A stretch of DNA of 64,000 nt from an uncultured virus (IMG/VR IMGVR_UViG_3300028422_001054) (IMGVR_UViG_3300028422_001054), one strand, 5' to 3'; shown: positions 48,442 through 59,595, counted from the first letter of the stretch. Numbers and translations: made by a program. Notes: generated by a model not told the origin, from the sequence alone.

Positions 48442-48975
48442 CTAAACAGTCGCTCCAGGCTCAAGACATTTTAAGAAAGTTCCTGTAACTTGAACAGTTA
48501 AAGGCTCCCCTGAAGTCTGATCAAACGTTAAACCTGCTACATTTGTTGGATACCAGCCCTTTAATGCCCAAACACCATCAGCTATAGTATTTGTATCATT
48601 CTCATCAATAGGGTTAACACTAGCATCTACTCTGAAACCATCTTTACTGTCTGGATTTCTTTTAGAATTTTCGGCCCACTCTCTTAGAGCTAAATAAAAA
48701 GTATAATTCTTCGCTACTCGTAAAGTAAAAGAATTAGTTTTAGGGTCTCCATTTAAACCACTAGGAGTAACTACTCTCTCCCCTTTGTACCATTTATCAT
48801 AAGTATTTACGATAACTTCTGGTAAACTAAAATTAGTTATTCTATACTTTATCGAATCCGTAATACCTGTTGGAACTTTAGTCACTGCACCTATGGTGAA
48901 CGAGATCTCGAACATATTAGCCAGGGCATCATTACCTTGTTCATAAAATGTATCTATAGGATTAGTTAATAACAT
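48442..48975 (-). CDS. tail tube protein
   Basis: 177 aa directly after sheath; FSLP, REW, GWYPTNV. Confidence 0.75.
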   Translation of the reverse strand: MLLTNPIDTFYEQGNDALANMFEISFTIGAVTKVPTGITDSIKYRITNFSLPEVIVNTYDKWYKGERVVTPSGLNGDPKTNSFTLRVAKNYTFYLALREWAENSKRNPDSKDGFRVDASVNPIDENDTNTIADGVWALKGWYPTNVAGLTFDQTSGEPLTVQVTGTFLKCLEPGATV

Positions 48976-48978
48976 CTG

Positions 48979-50835
48979 TTACCCTCCTATATAATCAGTT
49001 ACAGATGTTAACTGATCTACGTTTATTACATTTAAACGTATTCTTTGCGAATTAGGTGTAATTTGAATTACAACATCTACTACAAACTCATTAGCATTTC
49101 TAACTAATGCAGTATTATTAGATTCATCACATACGATAAGTGCATCATCTAAACCAGAGTTAATCATAGGAGCTAATAAAGTAACACCTTGATTATATAT
49201 TTTTAATCTGTGAGTTGCATCGTTTGGTTTATTAATCTGAGGAGGAAGAATTCTAGAAACCATTTGGTCTGTAATAAGATTTCTAATTCTTCGTCTACCT
49301 ACATAAGAATAATCACCATTATCCGCAGCCCTAGTTCTATCACCTTGAATCATCAATCCATACAACAAATCTTCCCCAACATAATTGATATGTGCAGAAT
49401 CTAATTGTAAAGCTACTGCTGCTCTATCTGTGAATAAAGCCTCGATAACTCCGGAGCCTATCTGACCCCCATGGTTATTTTCGTCAGTAAACGAAGGCGA
49501 ACCACTATCAAAAATATCTACCATCTGAGCGTATTTCACCGCTATTCTACCTGTAAGATTTCTAACAATATTTCCTGTACCATAGGTGTTTGCCATAATA
49601 TGCCAAGAGTCGTAACAAGCCATATCTGGATTAGAAATACCTTTAGCAGCCGTAGCAGGATCAGCTAAAATATCTTCTGCTGACAGTTTCTCTACAGCAT
49701 AGATTCCTGACTTATTTAATTGAGCTGTTGACAATATATCAGAAATCATTCCAGGAGTAGCTGTTTCAGAAGATGGGTCAAAAAAGATATCCGCTTTGTA
49801 TCGAGCTTTATTCTTAAAATAATTCCAACCTACTGCATAAGAACCACCTGCCTCGGAAGTTGCTGGTAAAGCTGCTCCTCTAGAACTTCCTGTTAAAGCT
49901 TGAGCTACTAGAGTAGGAGCTACATAAGAAGTAATATCACCAAGAGTAAATATTCTAATAAAAGGGTCTGTATCCCCTACAACATTTTGATAGTAATTAG
50001 ATCTACCATAGTCATCTAAAGAATTTTCATCTAAAGAGAATAGGTATCTCTTTTTAAAAGTTGTTACCCCTGCAACAGTTTCATAAGCACTTATAGAAAT
50101 CAAACCATTACTATCTGTAATATCTAAAGATACTGGAATATTAGTTGGAGTCGATGTAACAACAACAAGAGTTCCTTCTGCTGTTAAATCTGTAGCTTTA
50201 TCTAAAGATACCCCAATCTTATCTATTAAACTAAATCCTGTAGTATTTGTTAAAGTAACAACTAAAACACCGGTAGCTAACGTCAATTCTGCTGAGGTGA
50301 ATAAATCCCACTGAGCAGGAGTTGATAAAACGTATGTTTCTACACCAGCATTTGATACCACATCAAATACCAATTTAGTACCATCTTTTAGATAAACAAA
50401 AAGAGATTCTGGAGTAAGTCCAGCTAATGGCACAGAATAAGTACCTTCAAGACCAGCAACAACTTCTGTTGACTTATAGTCAGTTGCTACATCTGTTAGA
50501 ATGTTTGTAGCTAAATCAGAAGGAGTTAACCCCATAGGATATGCTATAGGAGCCGCTACTTTAGGTATAGCTATAGCACCATGTCTACCATCTTTTGACG
50601 GAGCAGAAACCCATAAATTACCAACCGTATTGAAGTCATAAGCTTCAGCTACATTAGGGTAAGCTACAGAAGGTGCACCTAAATAGTTTTTTAAAGTTGC
50701 ACTGTTATTTGCTCCGAAGAAAAGAGGCTTCTCGAAACCTTTTTGAGAATGAACTACTGTAGCCCCTATCTCTGTGATGGTTGTTGTTCCAGATCCACCT
50801 ACGGACCTATTGGAAGTTATAATTCGATCACTCAT
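48979..50835 (-). CDS. tail sheath protein
   Basis: 618 aa; C-terminal CDESNNT...NEFVVDV.I.P sheath motif. Confidence 0.88.
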   Translation of the reverse strand: MSDRIITSNRSVGGSGTTTITEIGATVVHSQKGFEKPLFFGANNSATLKNYLGAPSVAYPNVAEAYDFNTVGNLWVSAPSKDGRHGAIAIPKVAAPIAYPMGLTPSDLATNILTDVATDYKSTEVVAGLEGTYSVPLAGLTPESLFVYLKDGTKLVFDVVSNAGVETYVLSTPAQWDLFTSAELTLATGVLVVTLTNTTGFSLIDKIGVSLDKATDLTAEGTLVVVTSTPTNIPVSLDITDSNGLISISAYETVAGVTTFKKRYLFSLDENSLDDYGRSNYYQNVVGDTDPFIRIFTLGDITSYVAPTLVAQALTGSSRGAALPATSEAGGSYAVGWNYFKNKARYKADIFFDPSSETATPGMISDILSTAQLNKSGIYAVEKLSAEDILADPATAAKGISNPDMACYDSWHIMANTYGTGNIVRNLTGRIAVKYAQMVDIFDSGSPSFTDENNHGGQIGSGVIEALFTDRAAVALQLDSAHINYVGEDLLYGLMIQGDRTRAADNGDYSYVGRRRIRNLITDQMVSRILPPQINKPNDATHRLKIYNQGVTLLAPMINSGLDDALIVCDESNNTALVRNANEFVVDVVIQITPNSQRIRLNVINVDQLTSVTDYIGG

Positions 50836-50879
50836 TTATTTCTCCGTATTAAATTTTTAAATTATATTCTTATAGTTAT

Positions 50880-51614
50880 TTACAAAGGTGTAACTACGGG
50901 AGCTTCATCTTGTAAAATAATTTCGTATATATCAGATGTTTCCATATCTACAGTACTAATATTTCTTGTAGCAGCTAAACGTAATATAGCTTTTTCTGTA
51001 ATACTTAACTCCATGTGTGTATCTGCATCTAGGAATAAAAATGTATCAAACTTAAAATCGAGTTGAATATTACGAATCTTATTAACCTGGAAGTAGTCAT
51101 TATCGGCATAAAGATTATCAAACTGAGGATTGTATTCGAGTACAGCGATATTTGCTAATTGAAATTCAGAATCTTCTAAAGGTATAGCATACTTTAATCT
51201 TGTTTCGTAAGCATTATCTTGTAGAATTCGTCCCATACCTACAAAAGCATCTTCCATTCTTTGACCATAGAAAACATTCGCATCATATGATACAGTAATA
51301 GGTAACGCTCTAACTTTTATACCTAATTCCGGTATAAAAACACCCCCTACAGTCATACTTTTATTATACCATGTTGGATAAGATTCTTGAGGGAGCATAT
51401 TTGTTCTATAAATGTTCATGAAAGGAAGATTAAGCTCCCCATCAAACTTCTTTGCACGTTCTCGAAAACATCTTTCTGTTGACGAATAAGTAATTCTAGA
51501 AAAGTCCCCTTTAAAAAGAAGATCTGCATAATGCTCAACTATAGCAGCATCCAAATTAAGCATCGTATTAATAATACTGAGATTTTCTGAGGTAGCACTA
51601 TAGTATGTTTTCAA
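50880..51614 (-). CDS. putative tail completion / terminator protein
   Basis: upstream of sheath; LPFM and PITVSY motifs reminiscent of T4 gp15. Confidence 0.5.
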   Translation of the reverse strand: MKTYYSATSENLSIINTMLNLDAAIVEHYADLLFKGDFSRITYSSTERCFRERAKKFDGELNLPFMNIYRTNMLPQESYPTWYNKSMTVGGVFIPELGIKVRALPITVSYDANVFYGQRMEDAFVGMGRILQDNAYETRLKYAIPLEDSEFQLANIAVLEYNPQFDNLYADNDYFQVNKIRNIQLDFKFDTFLFLDADTHMELSITEKAILRLAATRNISTVDMETSDIYEIILQDEAPVVTPL

Positions 51615-53132
51615 TTAAAGAATTCCTCGTTCTACGAGATTTTCTATTATCTTATTAGATGTTATATCCTGAATACCTACAGATTCAACCGATTTAATAA
51701 CTTCCTCTAACAACCCTTTCTGTGGTTTCATAGCACCTACATAAACAAGTTCCGTAAATAGTCTTCCACCTATAATTGTTTCAGGACTTTCCACTACTTG
51801 TTGTTCTGTAAGCTTAATGGCCTCTAAAGTAATAGCTGTTTCTTCAAGGGATTTTTTACCTGCAACATACCTTGTAACTAAGATATTCTCTGTCATCTTT
51901 AAAGCAGACTTTAACTGATTAAGAGTCATCGCATCAGCATCTCTTTTAGCATTTTTAAGCTCCATCTGATATTGAGACAAAGGGTCATCTTCTAAGCCAA
52001 ATTGCTTATCAATCTCTACAGCGATATTTACCATACCTTCACCTAATTTTTCTGCTGGCTTATCTTTTTCTAAAGGTTTAATCATTCTTTGGTCTAAAGA
52101 TCCACTTTGAACTACCTCAGACTCGTCAATTTCCTTTTTTTCTATTTCCATTTGAACCTCTTCAATTAGTTTTTTATCTTTTAAACTTTTATTTAACATG
52201 CTAACCATAGGTTGCATAAAAAAAGTAATATATCTTAATAGTTGTTGCGTATGCTTACATGATAAAGAATGGTCTTGTATACCTTTCCACCCCTTACCTT
52301 TTGTACCGGTAGTTAAAGGAATATTTGTAGGATAGATGGAAGCATCTAATTGTGATAAGTTGTAATTAGTTCCTTGCCAATGAAACGCTGGACAATTACA
52401 AAACATTTGAGCATCAACTTCCGATATAAGTTCTTTTAGCTCATCTCTTGTAACAATTCCAGAATCAGATGGTCGAGTATCTAACCATTTAAAAAAATTA
52501 GGAATTCGTATATAAATTTCATACGTTTTTGAGCTATTCTTTTTAAGATCGAACTTAGCTGAAGGGTCAGTTTCCTGTTTCAAATCCTCTAAAGGAGTTG
52601 CTTCTGTTAAAAAACCCCACTCAACATAATCATCGGTTCCTACCTTCTTTACAACGCAGTCAATTAGTTTTACGCTTTTATTCCCTTCACCAACTAAAGA
52701 TCTACGTTCATCATAAAAAACTTTAGTAAAATCTGACATAGACTCCGGATGTTTTAAATCCAGGAGAGTTACTTCCATAACTTTAGATTCCCTAATAAAA
52801 TCTTCTGTATACATATGACGATCACGCAAAGCTCCTGCTAAATCAATAAGCATAAACATAGAAGTGTGTATATTCCCTGAAAACTTATCTAAATCTACGA
52901 AAGGAGATAACGGAGTAGACCGTCCACTACTGAATAGAAAGTCTCTAGGAATGGCTCTTATTACGGAAGCTGTAGAAATAGGAAATGAAGGCCTTCTACT
53001 ATCTAACACTACTAAGTAAAGACTATAGTTGACATTCATCACTTTTGATAATTTGACATTTTTAATTTTTTCTATATTAAAGTACTTTCTCAGAGTTTGA
53101 GCTTGAGGAGTACCATTCATAAACTCAGCCAT
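51615..53132 (-). CDS. SWIM zinc-finger domain protein
   Basis: CNCPAF...CKH motif. Confidence 0.65.
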   Translation of the reverse strand: MAEFMNGTPQAQTLRKYFNIEKIKNVKLSKVMNVNYSLYLVVLDSRRPSFPISTASVIRAIPRDFLFSSGRSTPLSPFVDLDKFSGNIHTSMFMLIDLAGALRDRHMYTEDFIRESKVMEVTLLDLKHPESMSDFTKVFYDERRSLVGEGNKSVKLIDCVVKKVGTDDYVEWGFLTEATPLEDLKQETDPSAKFDLKKNSSKTYEIYIRIPNFFKWLDTRPSDSGIVTRDELKELISEVDAQMFCNCPAFHWQGTNYNLSQLDASIYPTNIPLTTGTKGKGWKGIQDHSLSCKHTQQLLRYITFFMQPMVSMLNKSLKDKKLIEEVQMEIEKKEIDESEVVQSGSLDQRMIKPLEKDKPAEKLGEGMVNIAVEIDKQFGLEDDPLSQYQMELKNAKRDADAMTLNQLKSALKMTENILVTRYVAGKKSLEETAITLEAIKLTEQQVVESPETIIGGRLFTELVYVGAMKPQKGLLEEVIKSVESVGIQDITSNKIIENLVERGIL

Positions 53133-53142
53133 AGTCTAATAG

Positions 53143-53802
53143 TTAAGAAAACATACTCGGACTTATTGAAAATATTTCCTCAGAAGAGTATTCTATAATC
53201 CTCAAATAGTAGGACCCATAAAATCTACAACGAGCTCTTACTACAATATCCTTGTAAAGAGTCCCTATAAAATCCTTTTTACAGGATTCTGTAAAAACAA
53301 CACCAACTAAATGAGTTCCTAACAATCTGGTTGATGCATTTTTAGTTGCTCCGCAGAATAAAACTTTAACTTGTTTACCTCTGGCTCTAAGATAGATGCT
53401 ATCCCCGGACAAAGTAATCTCTAATCTGTTAGAAAAAGGCATAGCTTTCAAGGTTTCTAAAAAAGAAAACTTGTACATATCTGCTTCGTGTTGATCTTTA
53501 GTTAAAAACAAAGTAGAAAAGGGCATAAACGTACAAACCCTAGAAATACCATAAACGTCGGAAAACAATAAAAGTTGTTGTAAATAAATCATGGAGAGTA
53601 TCTCGATTAAAGTGGTTCCACATCTATTTAACCCTCCAGGGAGCTGAAGAATACTTCTTGTGTTTTTTGTGTTCCAGTAGCTTCTCAAGACATTCACTGT
53701 AGATTCTTTTAACTTACTACTAATATCAGTACCTAAATACTCAGGAGTTAAAAACTCGTCAATACTAGGCGGTAGTTTATTAATATTCTGATAATTATTC
53801 AT
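53143..53802 (-). CDS. degenerate paralog of the terminase ATPase domain
   Basis: PPSIDEFLTPEYLG vs PPTITEFMTPKYLG, plus two further colinear blocks. Confidence 0.7.
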   Translation of the reverse strand: MNNYQNINKLPPSIDEFLTPEYLGTDISSKLKESTVNVLRSYWNTKNTRSILQLPGGLNRCGTTLIEILSMIYLQQLLLFSDVYGISRVCTFMPFSTLFLTKDQHEADMYKFSFLETLKAMPFSNRLEITLSGDSIYLRARGKQVKVLFCGATKNASTRLLGTHLVGVVFTESCKKDFIGTLYKDIVVRARCRFYGSYYLRIIEYSSEEIFSISPSMFS

Positions 53803-53878
53803 ATAACCTCTTATATAGATAGTACTAGATTAACTTTTCTAAAAAGTATAAGCTTATCAAAGCTAGGAGGCTAAATAG

Positions 53879-54091
53879 ATGAAAACACTTGTATTTGCAG
53901 TATACAAACTTTTAGTAAGCATTTTATTATTGTTTGGAACATGGTTTGCAATAGGTCCATGGTTATTAAATCAACAATCTAGTTTAATGTACTTATTGGG
54001 AATAATTATCAATATCTCTGTAATCATTCCTGTCGTAAAAATCCTACAAAGTGTAGGTAAAGATATAAAGAAAATAGGAGAAGAACAATGA
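53879..54091 (+). CDS. small membrane protein
   Basis: two TM segments; AGGAGG RBS; coupled to SPFH gene. Confidence 0.75.
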   Translation: MKTLVFAVYKLLVSILLLFGTWFAIGPWLLNQQSSLMYLLGIIINISVIIPVVKILQSVGKDIKKIGEEQ

Positions 54092-54966
54092 AAAAATTAC
54101 TAATTTTACTAGTAGTTGTGTTAAGTTTTGTTTCTTGTGCGGATAGAGTTTCGCCAGGATATGTCGGTATCAGAACATACCAAAGAGGTGATAAAGCAGG
54201 TCAATCAGAAGTCTTAGGTGTAGGAAAACATTCTTTTGTATGGGCTACATCAACAGTAGTATTTCCTACTTTTAGACAAAACTATGTTTGGACGCAAGAT
54301 CCTACAGAAGGATCCAAACGAGATGAATCTATCAAGTTTGCTATAGAAGGAATGGAGATAGGTGTAGATATAGGTATAGAGTTCTCTGTTATACCTGATT
54401 CTGTAGCAGTTGTTTATGCTGAATACCGTAAAACTCTCGATGAATTAACAGCAGGGCCTTTAAGAAATTATATTCGAGATGCTATAACGTTTGCAACTAA
54501 AGATTACAACTCTGTTGAAGAGTTTATTACAGGAAACCTATTAACAGTTATCGTATCAGATGCAGCTAAACAAGTTAAAGATCATTTTAGAACAAAAGGT
54601 ATAGATATCTCTAAAGTATATATTATTGGAAAACCACATTACCCACCTAAAATTGTTGCTGAAATTGAAAACAAAGTTATGAAGGTGCAACAAGCTGCTG
54701 CAAAAGAAAACGAGGTTAGAGAAGCCGAGGCTCAAGCAAAAATAAATGAAGCGAAAGCTACAGGAGAGGCAAGAGCTAAAGAGATTTCCGCTGAAACTAA
54801 TGCAAGAATTGTAAAACTAAATGCGGATGCTGAGGCATATGCTAATGAGAAAATTAGTAGGTCATTAACACCTTTACTTCTCGAAGATAAGAAAATAAAT
54901 AAGTGGAATGGTGTAGAATCTCTCTACAATGCTGACGGTTCTGGAAACATAATATCGATTAAATAA
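54088..54966 (+). CDS. SPFH/band 7 domain lipoprotein
   Basis: signal peptide ending FVSC; PGYVGI; C-terminal EA-rich coil and KWNG. Confidence 0.85.
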   Translation: MKKLLILLVVVLSFVSCADRVSPGYVGIRTYQRGDKAGQSEVLGVGKHSFVWATSTVVFPTFRQNYVWTQDPTEGSKRDESIKFAIEGMEIGVDIGIEFSVIPDSVAVVYAEYRKTLDELTAGPLRNYIRDAITFATKDYNSVEEFITGNLLTVIVSDAAKQVKDHFRTKGIDISKVYIIGKPHYPPKIVAEIENKVMKVQQAAAKENEVREAEAQAKINEAKATGEARAKEISAETNARIVKLNADAEAYANEKISRSLTPLLLEDKKINKWNGVESLYNADGSGNIISIK

Positions 54967-54994
54967 ATACTACCTTAAATATTTTATTACCAAT

Positions 54995-55072
<78 letters not shown>

Positions 55073-55076
55073 ATGA

Positions 55077-55694
55077 CTATTCACCATTATACCAACTACT
55101 GGTAACAATATGTCTTTCTTCTTGTATAGGCGTTACTATAAGGTCATCTGAAGTCTCAGGGATAGGAACCTCTTCACCTTCAACAGGTAAGTCTTCTTCC
55201 CTAAATTTTTCTATTAAATAGGTCATAGCTAATTGCATCTGATTATCTCCTCTAACACCTTCTAAGGTATTTACTGGAGCTATTAAAAACCGTTGTTGCT
55301 GTACAAAAGTTTTACTCTTTACAAGACGTTTCTTTACCTGGAAGAGCTGTAGAATAAAGTTTTCTTTATCTAACCAGATCTGTCTGAATATAAAGTCATC
55401 TTCAGATAGGATATTATCGAAAGATGTGTAAGCATATTTCGGCAAAACATCATAAATATTAATGCCTTCTGACCCATGGCCATCATTTCCATAAAGCTCA
55501 GTTTCCTGACCTGGAATATCTAAATAGCATTCTACGATTTTCATAGATTGAGGAAATACTCTTTTATCCCTGTAAAGATTTAATTCCTCTGTAGTAACCA
55601 GAACTACACCCGTCTTATTCCCTACTTTCTTGATCTTAGCATTGTAAAGTTTTCTACGTGCCCCGTAATGGGCTCTGTTTAGGTTTTCTTGCAT
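55077..55694 (-). CDS. putative head completion / neck protein
   Basis: 205-aa ORF abutting terminase; function from position only. Confidence 0.4.
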   Translation of the reverse strand: MQENLNRAHYGARRKLYNAKIKKVGNKTGVVLVTTEELNLYRDKRVFPQSMKIVECYLDIPGQETELYGNDGHGSEGINIYDVLPKYAYTSFDNILSEDDFIFRQIWLDKENFILQLFQVKKRLVKSKTFVQQQRFLIAPVNTLEGVRGDNQMQLAMTYLIEKFREEDLPVEGEEVPIPETSDDLIVTPIQEERHIVTSSWYNGE

Positions 55695-57791
55695 CTAAAC
55701 TTCCTCCAAGTGTTTATCTTTTAATAATTTTTTCAAAAGCTGTTCTTTACGAACAGTTCTATCTACATCTGGATCCAAAATTCTAAGCTCATCTTCGTTA
55801 TAGACATACCTAGGAGTGCTTTTCATATCAGTATGACAAATATAAACTGCTGCTGCCGTAGAGTCTGAAACGTCATTTTGATACATCCCTGCATCTGACA
55901 ACAACCAACTAGTATTTTCTTTAGATTTCAAAGCATTGGTTTTCCCTTGCATATGGTCAACTTTCAACCCTTTTTTAGTAGGTACTGTAATTAATGATTT
56001 TAGGTTATTCTTAAAATAAATCTGTTTCCCTGCTTTAAGTCTATGAGTTGATAGCAAGTTTAATAAAAATAAGTAAGGAGCCATTGTAGTCTCAACTGAT
56101 TGCTTTTTTACCTGAAAACCTCTACGTTCTAACCATTGAATAGTTCCTTTAGATTCAAACTGGTCAAAAGAGATTCCGGCAATTCTAATATTACCGAGAG
56201 TCTTTAAATCTACAATAAACTCTCTTATTGCATCCAGGTTTATTTTAGCACCATTTGATAGAATAGGAAACTGAATATCTATTATATAGATTTCTCTACC
56301 CTCTTTATCCAGCTCTTTATGACACATGGTAAATCCCAAAGCATCTGTTTTCTCTGATTGGTCTACGGATATATAACGTTCTTCTAAAGGATTTCTCCAG
56401 AACTGGTACATCCCATTACCTCTAACAAAATAAGTGTTTACTACTTGATTCCATATAAGGTTTTCTGGCTCAAACATAGAGTCGGCTAGAATAGATGTCA
56501 TTATAGACTTTAAACCACCCTGGAAACATTCTTCGATACAAGATCTATTAGTAATAAACTTCGCATCGGCTCCTGCCGGAACCCCTGCATAGTTTTTCAA
56601 GTTCCTAATTAAGTCTTCGTCAAATAAAGGTTTTAACTCTAAAGGAGGGTGTATAAGATCAATCTCCTCGTATCGGGATACCTCTGAGTCATTTAATATT
56701 TTAGGTTCTCTAGAAGCATCTCCTTTAAAAATAGAAAACTTAGCTTCTGGATTCTGAATCTCCCATGTTTTATATTCCCAATAGGCTCCGGTAACTACTT
56801 TATTACGAAAATATCCTTCAGAATCAGCCTTTGCAGATTCCCCTGTATGAATCATTCTATCTATAGAACATTCCATAGTATTTGGGGAAGAGTCCATAGA
56901 TGTTCTTGCCAACCAGTTATTACCAAAACGTGAATAAATCCGTCCTTTTAAATCATTATAACTCCTTAAAATATAATCATCACTAAAACCACGATCTAAG
57001 AAAAACGTTAACTCTGATATAGTACCTCCTAAAATAGAAAGACCTAATAACTTAGCTGGGTCTGAAATATTCTTAATACCTAAACCATCCTTACCATCCC
57101 ATGTTGGAAAAGATAAATCCATAGTTTTACCAGCAGTAGTCCAACAAACTTTAGAAGCTCCATAATCTTTTTGAGTATTCCTCATTTGCTCGATAGTACG
57201 GCATTTTTCGTACATTGGGGAAGTTTCTAAGATATTTATCATCGGGTCTACTAAAAGCTCTCTAGCCTTATCCTGAGTGAATGAGAAGGCTACAGCACAT
57301 ACTAATGATGCAGGGGAGAGACCTAATTCTTTTTTAGGATTCCTTTTAAGAAAATAGAGATAGTTTTGATACATTGCAGAAACTGTAGATACAAAAGACT
57401 TTCCTGCTCCAATAAATAATGATAATATCAAATGCCTATAGTCATTACCAAACTCCCAGTAATCCGCCATAATATCTAACCAGTACGAGAATATATTCTC
57501 ACCAGTATCCCCTAAATACTTTGGAGTCATAAACTCTGTTATCGTTGGAGGTTTCGATACATAGCTAAACTTCCAGGGATTTTTCATAATATTTAATAAG
57601 TCTTTTTGAGGAAGGTTTGGATTATTAACTAAAAACTCTAAGGACTGTTGTATAAGCTTAATATCATATTTCTCATCTAAGTCTTTATATAAAGCATCAT
57701 CTCCCTGAAAAAAGTCAAGAAGCATGTTTGCTGGATCTGAAATAGCAGGTTTATGAATAATAGGTGGCTTTATATTATCAGTAATATTCAT
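55695..57791 (-). CDS. terL: terminase large subunit
   Basis: Walker A GAGKS, Walker B-like TISE, nuclease motifs SVDQS..TD, SFDQF, DVSDS. Confidence 0.88.
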   Translation of the reverse strand: MNITDNIKPPIIHKPAISDPANMLLDFFQGDDALYKDLDEKYDIKLIQQSLEFLVNNPNLPQKDLLNIMKNPWKFSYVSKPPTITEFMTPKYLGDTGENIFSYWLDIMADYWEFGNDYRHLILSLFIGAGKSFVSTVSAMYQNYLYFLKRNPKKELGLSPASLVCAVAFSFTQDKARELLVDPMINILETSPMYEKCRTIEQMRNTQKDYGASKVCWTTAGKTMDLSFPTWDGKDGLGIKNISDPAKLLGLSILGGTISELTFFLDRGFSDDYILRSYNDLKGRIYSRFGNNWLARTSMDSSPNTMECSIDRMIHTGESAKADSEGYFRNKVVTGAYWEYKTWEIQNPEAKFSIFKGDASREPKILNDSEVSRYEEIDLIHPPLELKPLFDEDLIRNLKNYAGVPAGADAKFITNRSCIEECFQGGLKSIMTSILADSMFEPENLIWNQVVNTYFVRGNGMYQFWRNPLEERYISVDQSEKTDALGFTMCHKELDKEGREIYIIDIQFPILSNGAKINLDAIREFIVDLKTLGNIRIAGISFDQFESKGTIQWLERRGFQVKKQSVETTMAPYLFLLNLLSTHRLKAGKQIYFKNNLKSLITVPTKKGLKVDHMQGKTNALKSKENTSWLLSDAGMYQNDVSDSTAAAVYICHTDMKSTPRYVYNEDELRILDPDVDRTVRKEQLLKKLLKDKHLEEV

Positions 57792-57803
57792 TGTAATCTC
57801 CTT

Positions 57804-57834
57804 AAATAAAAAAAGAGGAGCCGAAACCCCTCTT
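57804..57834 (-). terminator. intrinsic terminator after capsid gene
   Basis: minus strand AAGAGGGG-TTTCGG-CTCCTCTT followed by T-run. Confidence 0.8.
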
Positions 57835-57864
57835 ATTAGTTAATTAAGGAGTTTCCTCCTATTA

Positions 57865-59361
57865 TTACATTACGTCTGTATTTAGAAGTAATATACTATT
57901 AATATACTTATCTTGAAGTACTGCTTGGTCCTCATAAGTAACCAAACCACTTTCAGTATAGAACTCTGCTGGATGAGTTAGTTTACCCTCGAATCTTCCA
58001 ATAGGTAGGAAAACTCCGAAACTTAAAGAAGCATCATTTGCATCCTCTTCACCATTCTTGTAAACAGTGATAATTTCATCCGGTGCTACACCTGTAGAAC
58101 CTGCGGCAGCAGACGCACCTGCATCGATACCACCAGAAACATCTACATATACTGGAAGACCTTCATAAGTACCAGCCTTGTAAACACCTACAGCGTTAGG
58201 TTTAGATTCTCTCACATAACCATCAACCTTAGTTAAATACTCTTGAGCAACAGCACCACAAATTAAATGTGAAATACCACCGTGACCAATTGCATTTTGA
58301 GTTCTATGAGCAGCTTTATCAATATACTGTTTTAAATCTTGAGCTCTCATGCTAGAAGACGCAGCTCCTAGAGTTACCCAGTCAGCATCAAAAGTTATTT
58401 GAGTTGCCCAAGAAGAAACAGATTTAGCTGTTCTAATTGCTCTAAAACCTTGAGCTTTTACCATTTCTCTAGATGCTCCTGAGATAAGAGTTCTTTCAGC
58501 CCCCATCTTAAGCTGGTCATCCATCATTAAAGATGTCATGTGTGACCATTTTACTGCTAAAGGTTGTGGTTTAGCTTGGAAATCGTAAGCTCTTAGGTTA
58601 ATATCCACAGTCTTTATTTGATTATACTGAGAAGGATCTTCTGTATTAACCCCATATTCAACAGTCATTGTTGCACCTGCTAAAGTAGCAGAAGCTAAAG
58701 TACCGCTTATTTCACCTGTTTTTAGGTTTACCCAAGATAGCGAAGCTAACGAAATACCAGGACCTACAATTCTTGCTTTATCAGCACTACCACCTGTACC
58801 TGCTACACCATTATCATAACCTACTGGTTGACCATTTAAATAAATAGTAACAGATGTTGCTCTTACAACTTTATTAACGGCTGCTAAAGTAAACGCATCT
58901 GTAGTAGCTACGTGCGTTAAAGCTGCTGTAACAATTTCTGTAGGATAATCGAAGTTAGCAAGAGTATTTCTCATAATCTCGCCTTTGTAAGGACCTTCTG
59001 CGTAAGCTGTTTGAACTCTATAAATAGAATCCTTCATTCCGGACATCGCCCAAACGTTAAAGATATCGGATCTAATATCATTAACTGCTGTTAAGTTAAT
59101 AACCTTTACAATTGTTTGTGGAGTAACTTGGAAAGTATCCGAAATCTGAGTTTCCGTCATCTTTGATAACATTTTCTCAGTATTTTCTAGTAATCTAGCA
59201 ATATTTCTAGCTTTTCTAAAGTTCTTAGTTGCTAAAGAATCTAAAGCACCCTCTTTAAACAAACCTCTCTCAGCACCCCATCTATTAATAAGATTTCGGT
59301 CTTCTCGTAAAATTCTTTCTTCGTGAATTTTCTTAGATTCTACCATTTTATTGTTTATCAT
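57865..59361 (-). CDS. major capsid protein (T4 gp23-like)
   Basis: 498 aa after scaffold; ARLLEN and LAVKWS motifs; biased codons; own terminator. Confidence 0.85.
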   Translation of the reverse strand: MINNKMVESKKIHEERILREDRNLINRWGAERGLFKEGALDSLATKNFRKARNIARLLENTEKMLSKMTETQISDTFQVTPQTIVKVINLTAVNDIRSDIFNVWAMSGMKDSIYRVQTAYAEGPYKGEIMRNTLANFDYPTEIVTAALTHVATTDAFTLAAVNKVVRATSVTIYLNGQPVGYDNGVAGTGGSADKARIVGPGISLASLSWVNLKTGEISGTLASATLAGATMTVEYGVNTEDPSQYNQIKTVDINLRAYDFQAKPQPLAVKWSHMTSLMMDDQLKMGAERTLISGASREMVKAQGFRAIRTAKSVSSWATQITFDADWVTLGAASSSMRAQDLKQYIDKAAHRTQNAIGHGGISHLICGAVAQEYLTKVDGYVRESKPNAVGVYKAGTYEGLPVYVDVSGGIDAGASAAAGSTGVAPDEIITVYKNGEEDANDASLSFGVFLPIGRFEGKLTHPAEFYTESGLVTYEDQAVLQDKYINSILLLNTDVM

Positions 59362-59595
59362 TCTTTAATTTCCTTTTTTAATAATTACATCTAATTTGTT
59401 TTGTTTTTAAATAACTTAAATATCCTAAGTGTCTTCCGGATCAATATCAAATCCTTCGTAACTACCTAGGTATATGTTTAAGGTAGTTTTATGTTAATAC
59501 AAATTTTTAAATATAACTTTTTTAAATATTTTTATTTAATGTTTTATTAAATACTCAAGAGCATTTTCACACTCTTGATATTATAGTTACTTTAT

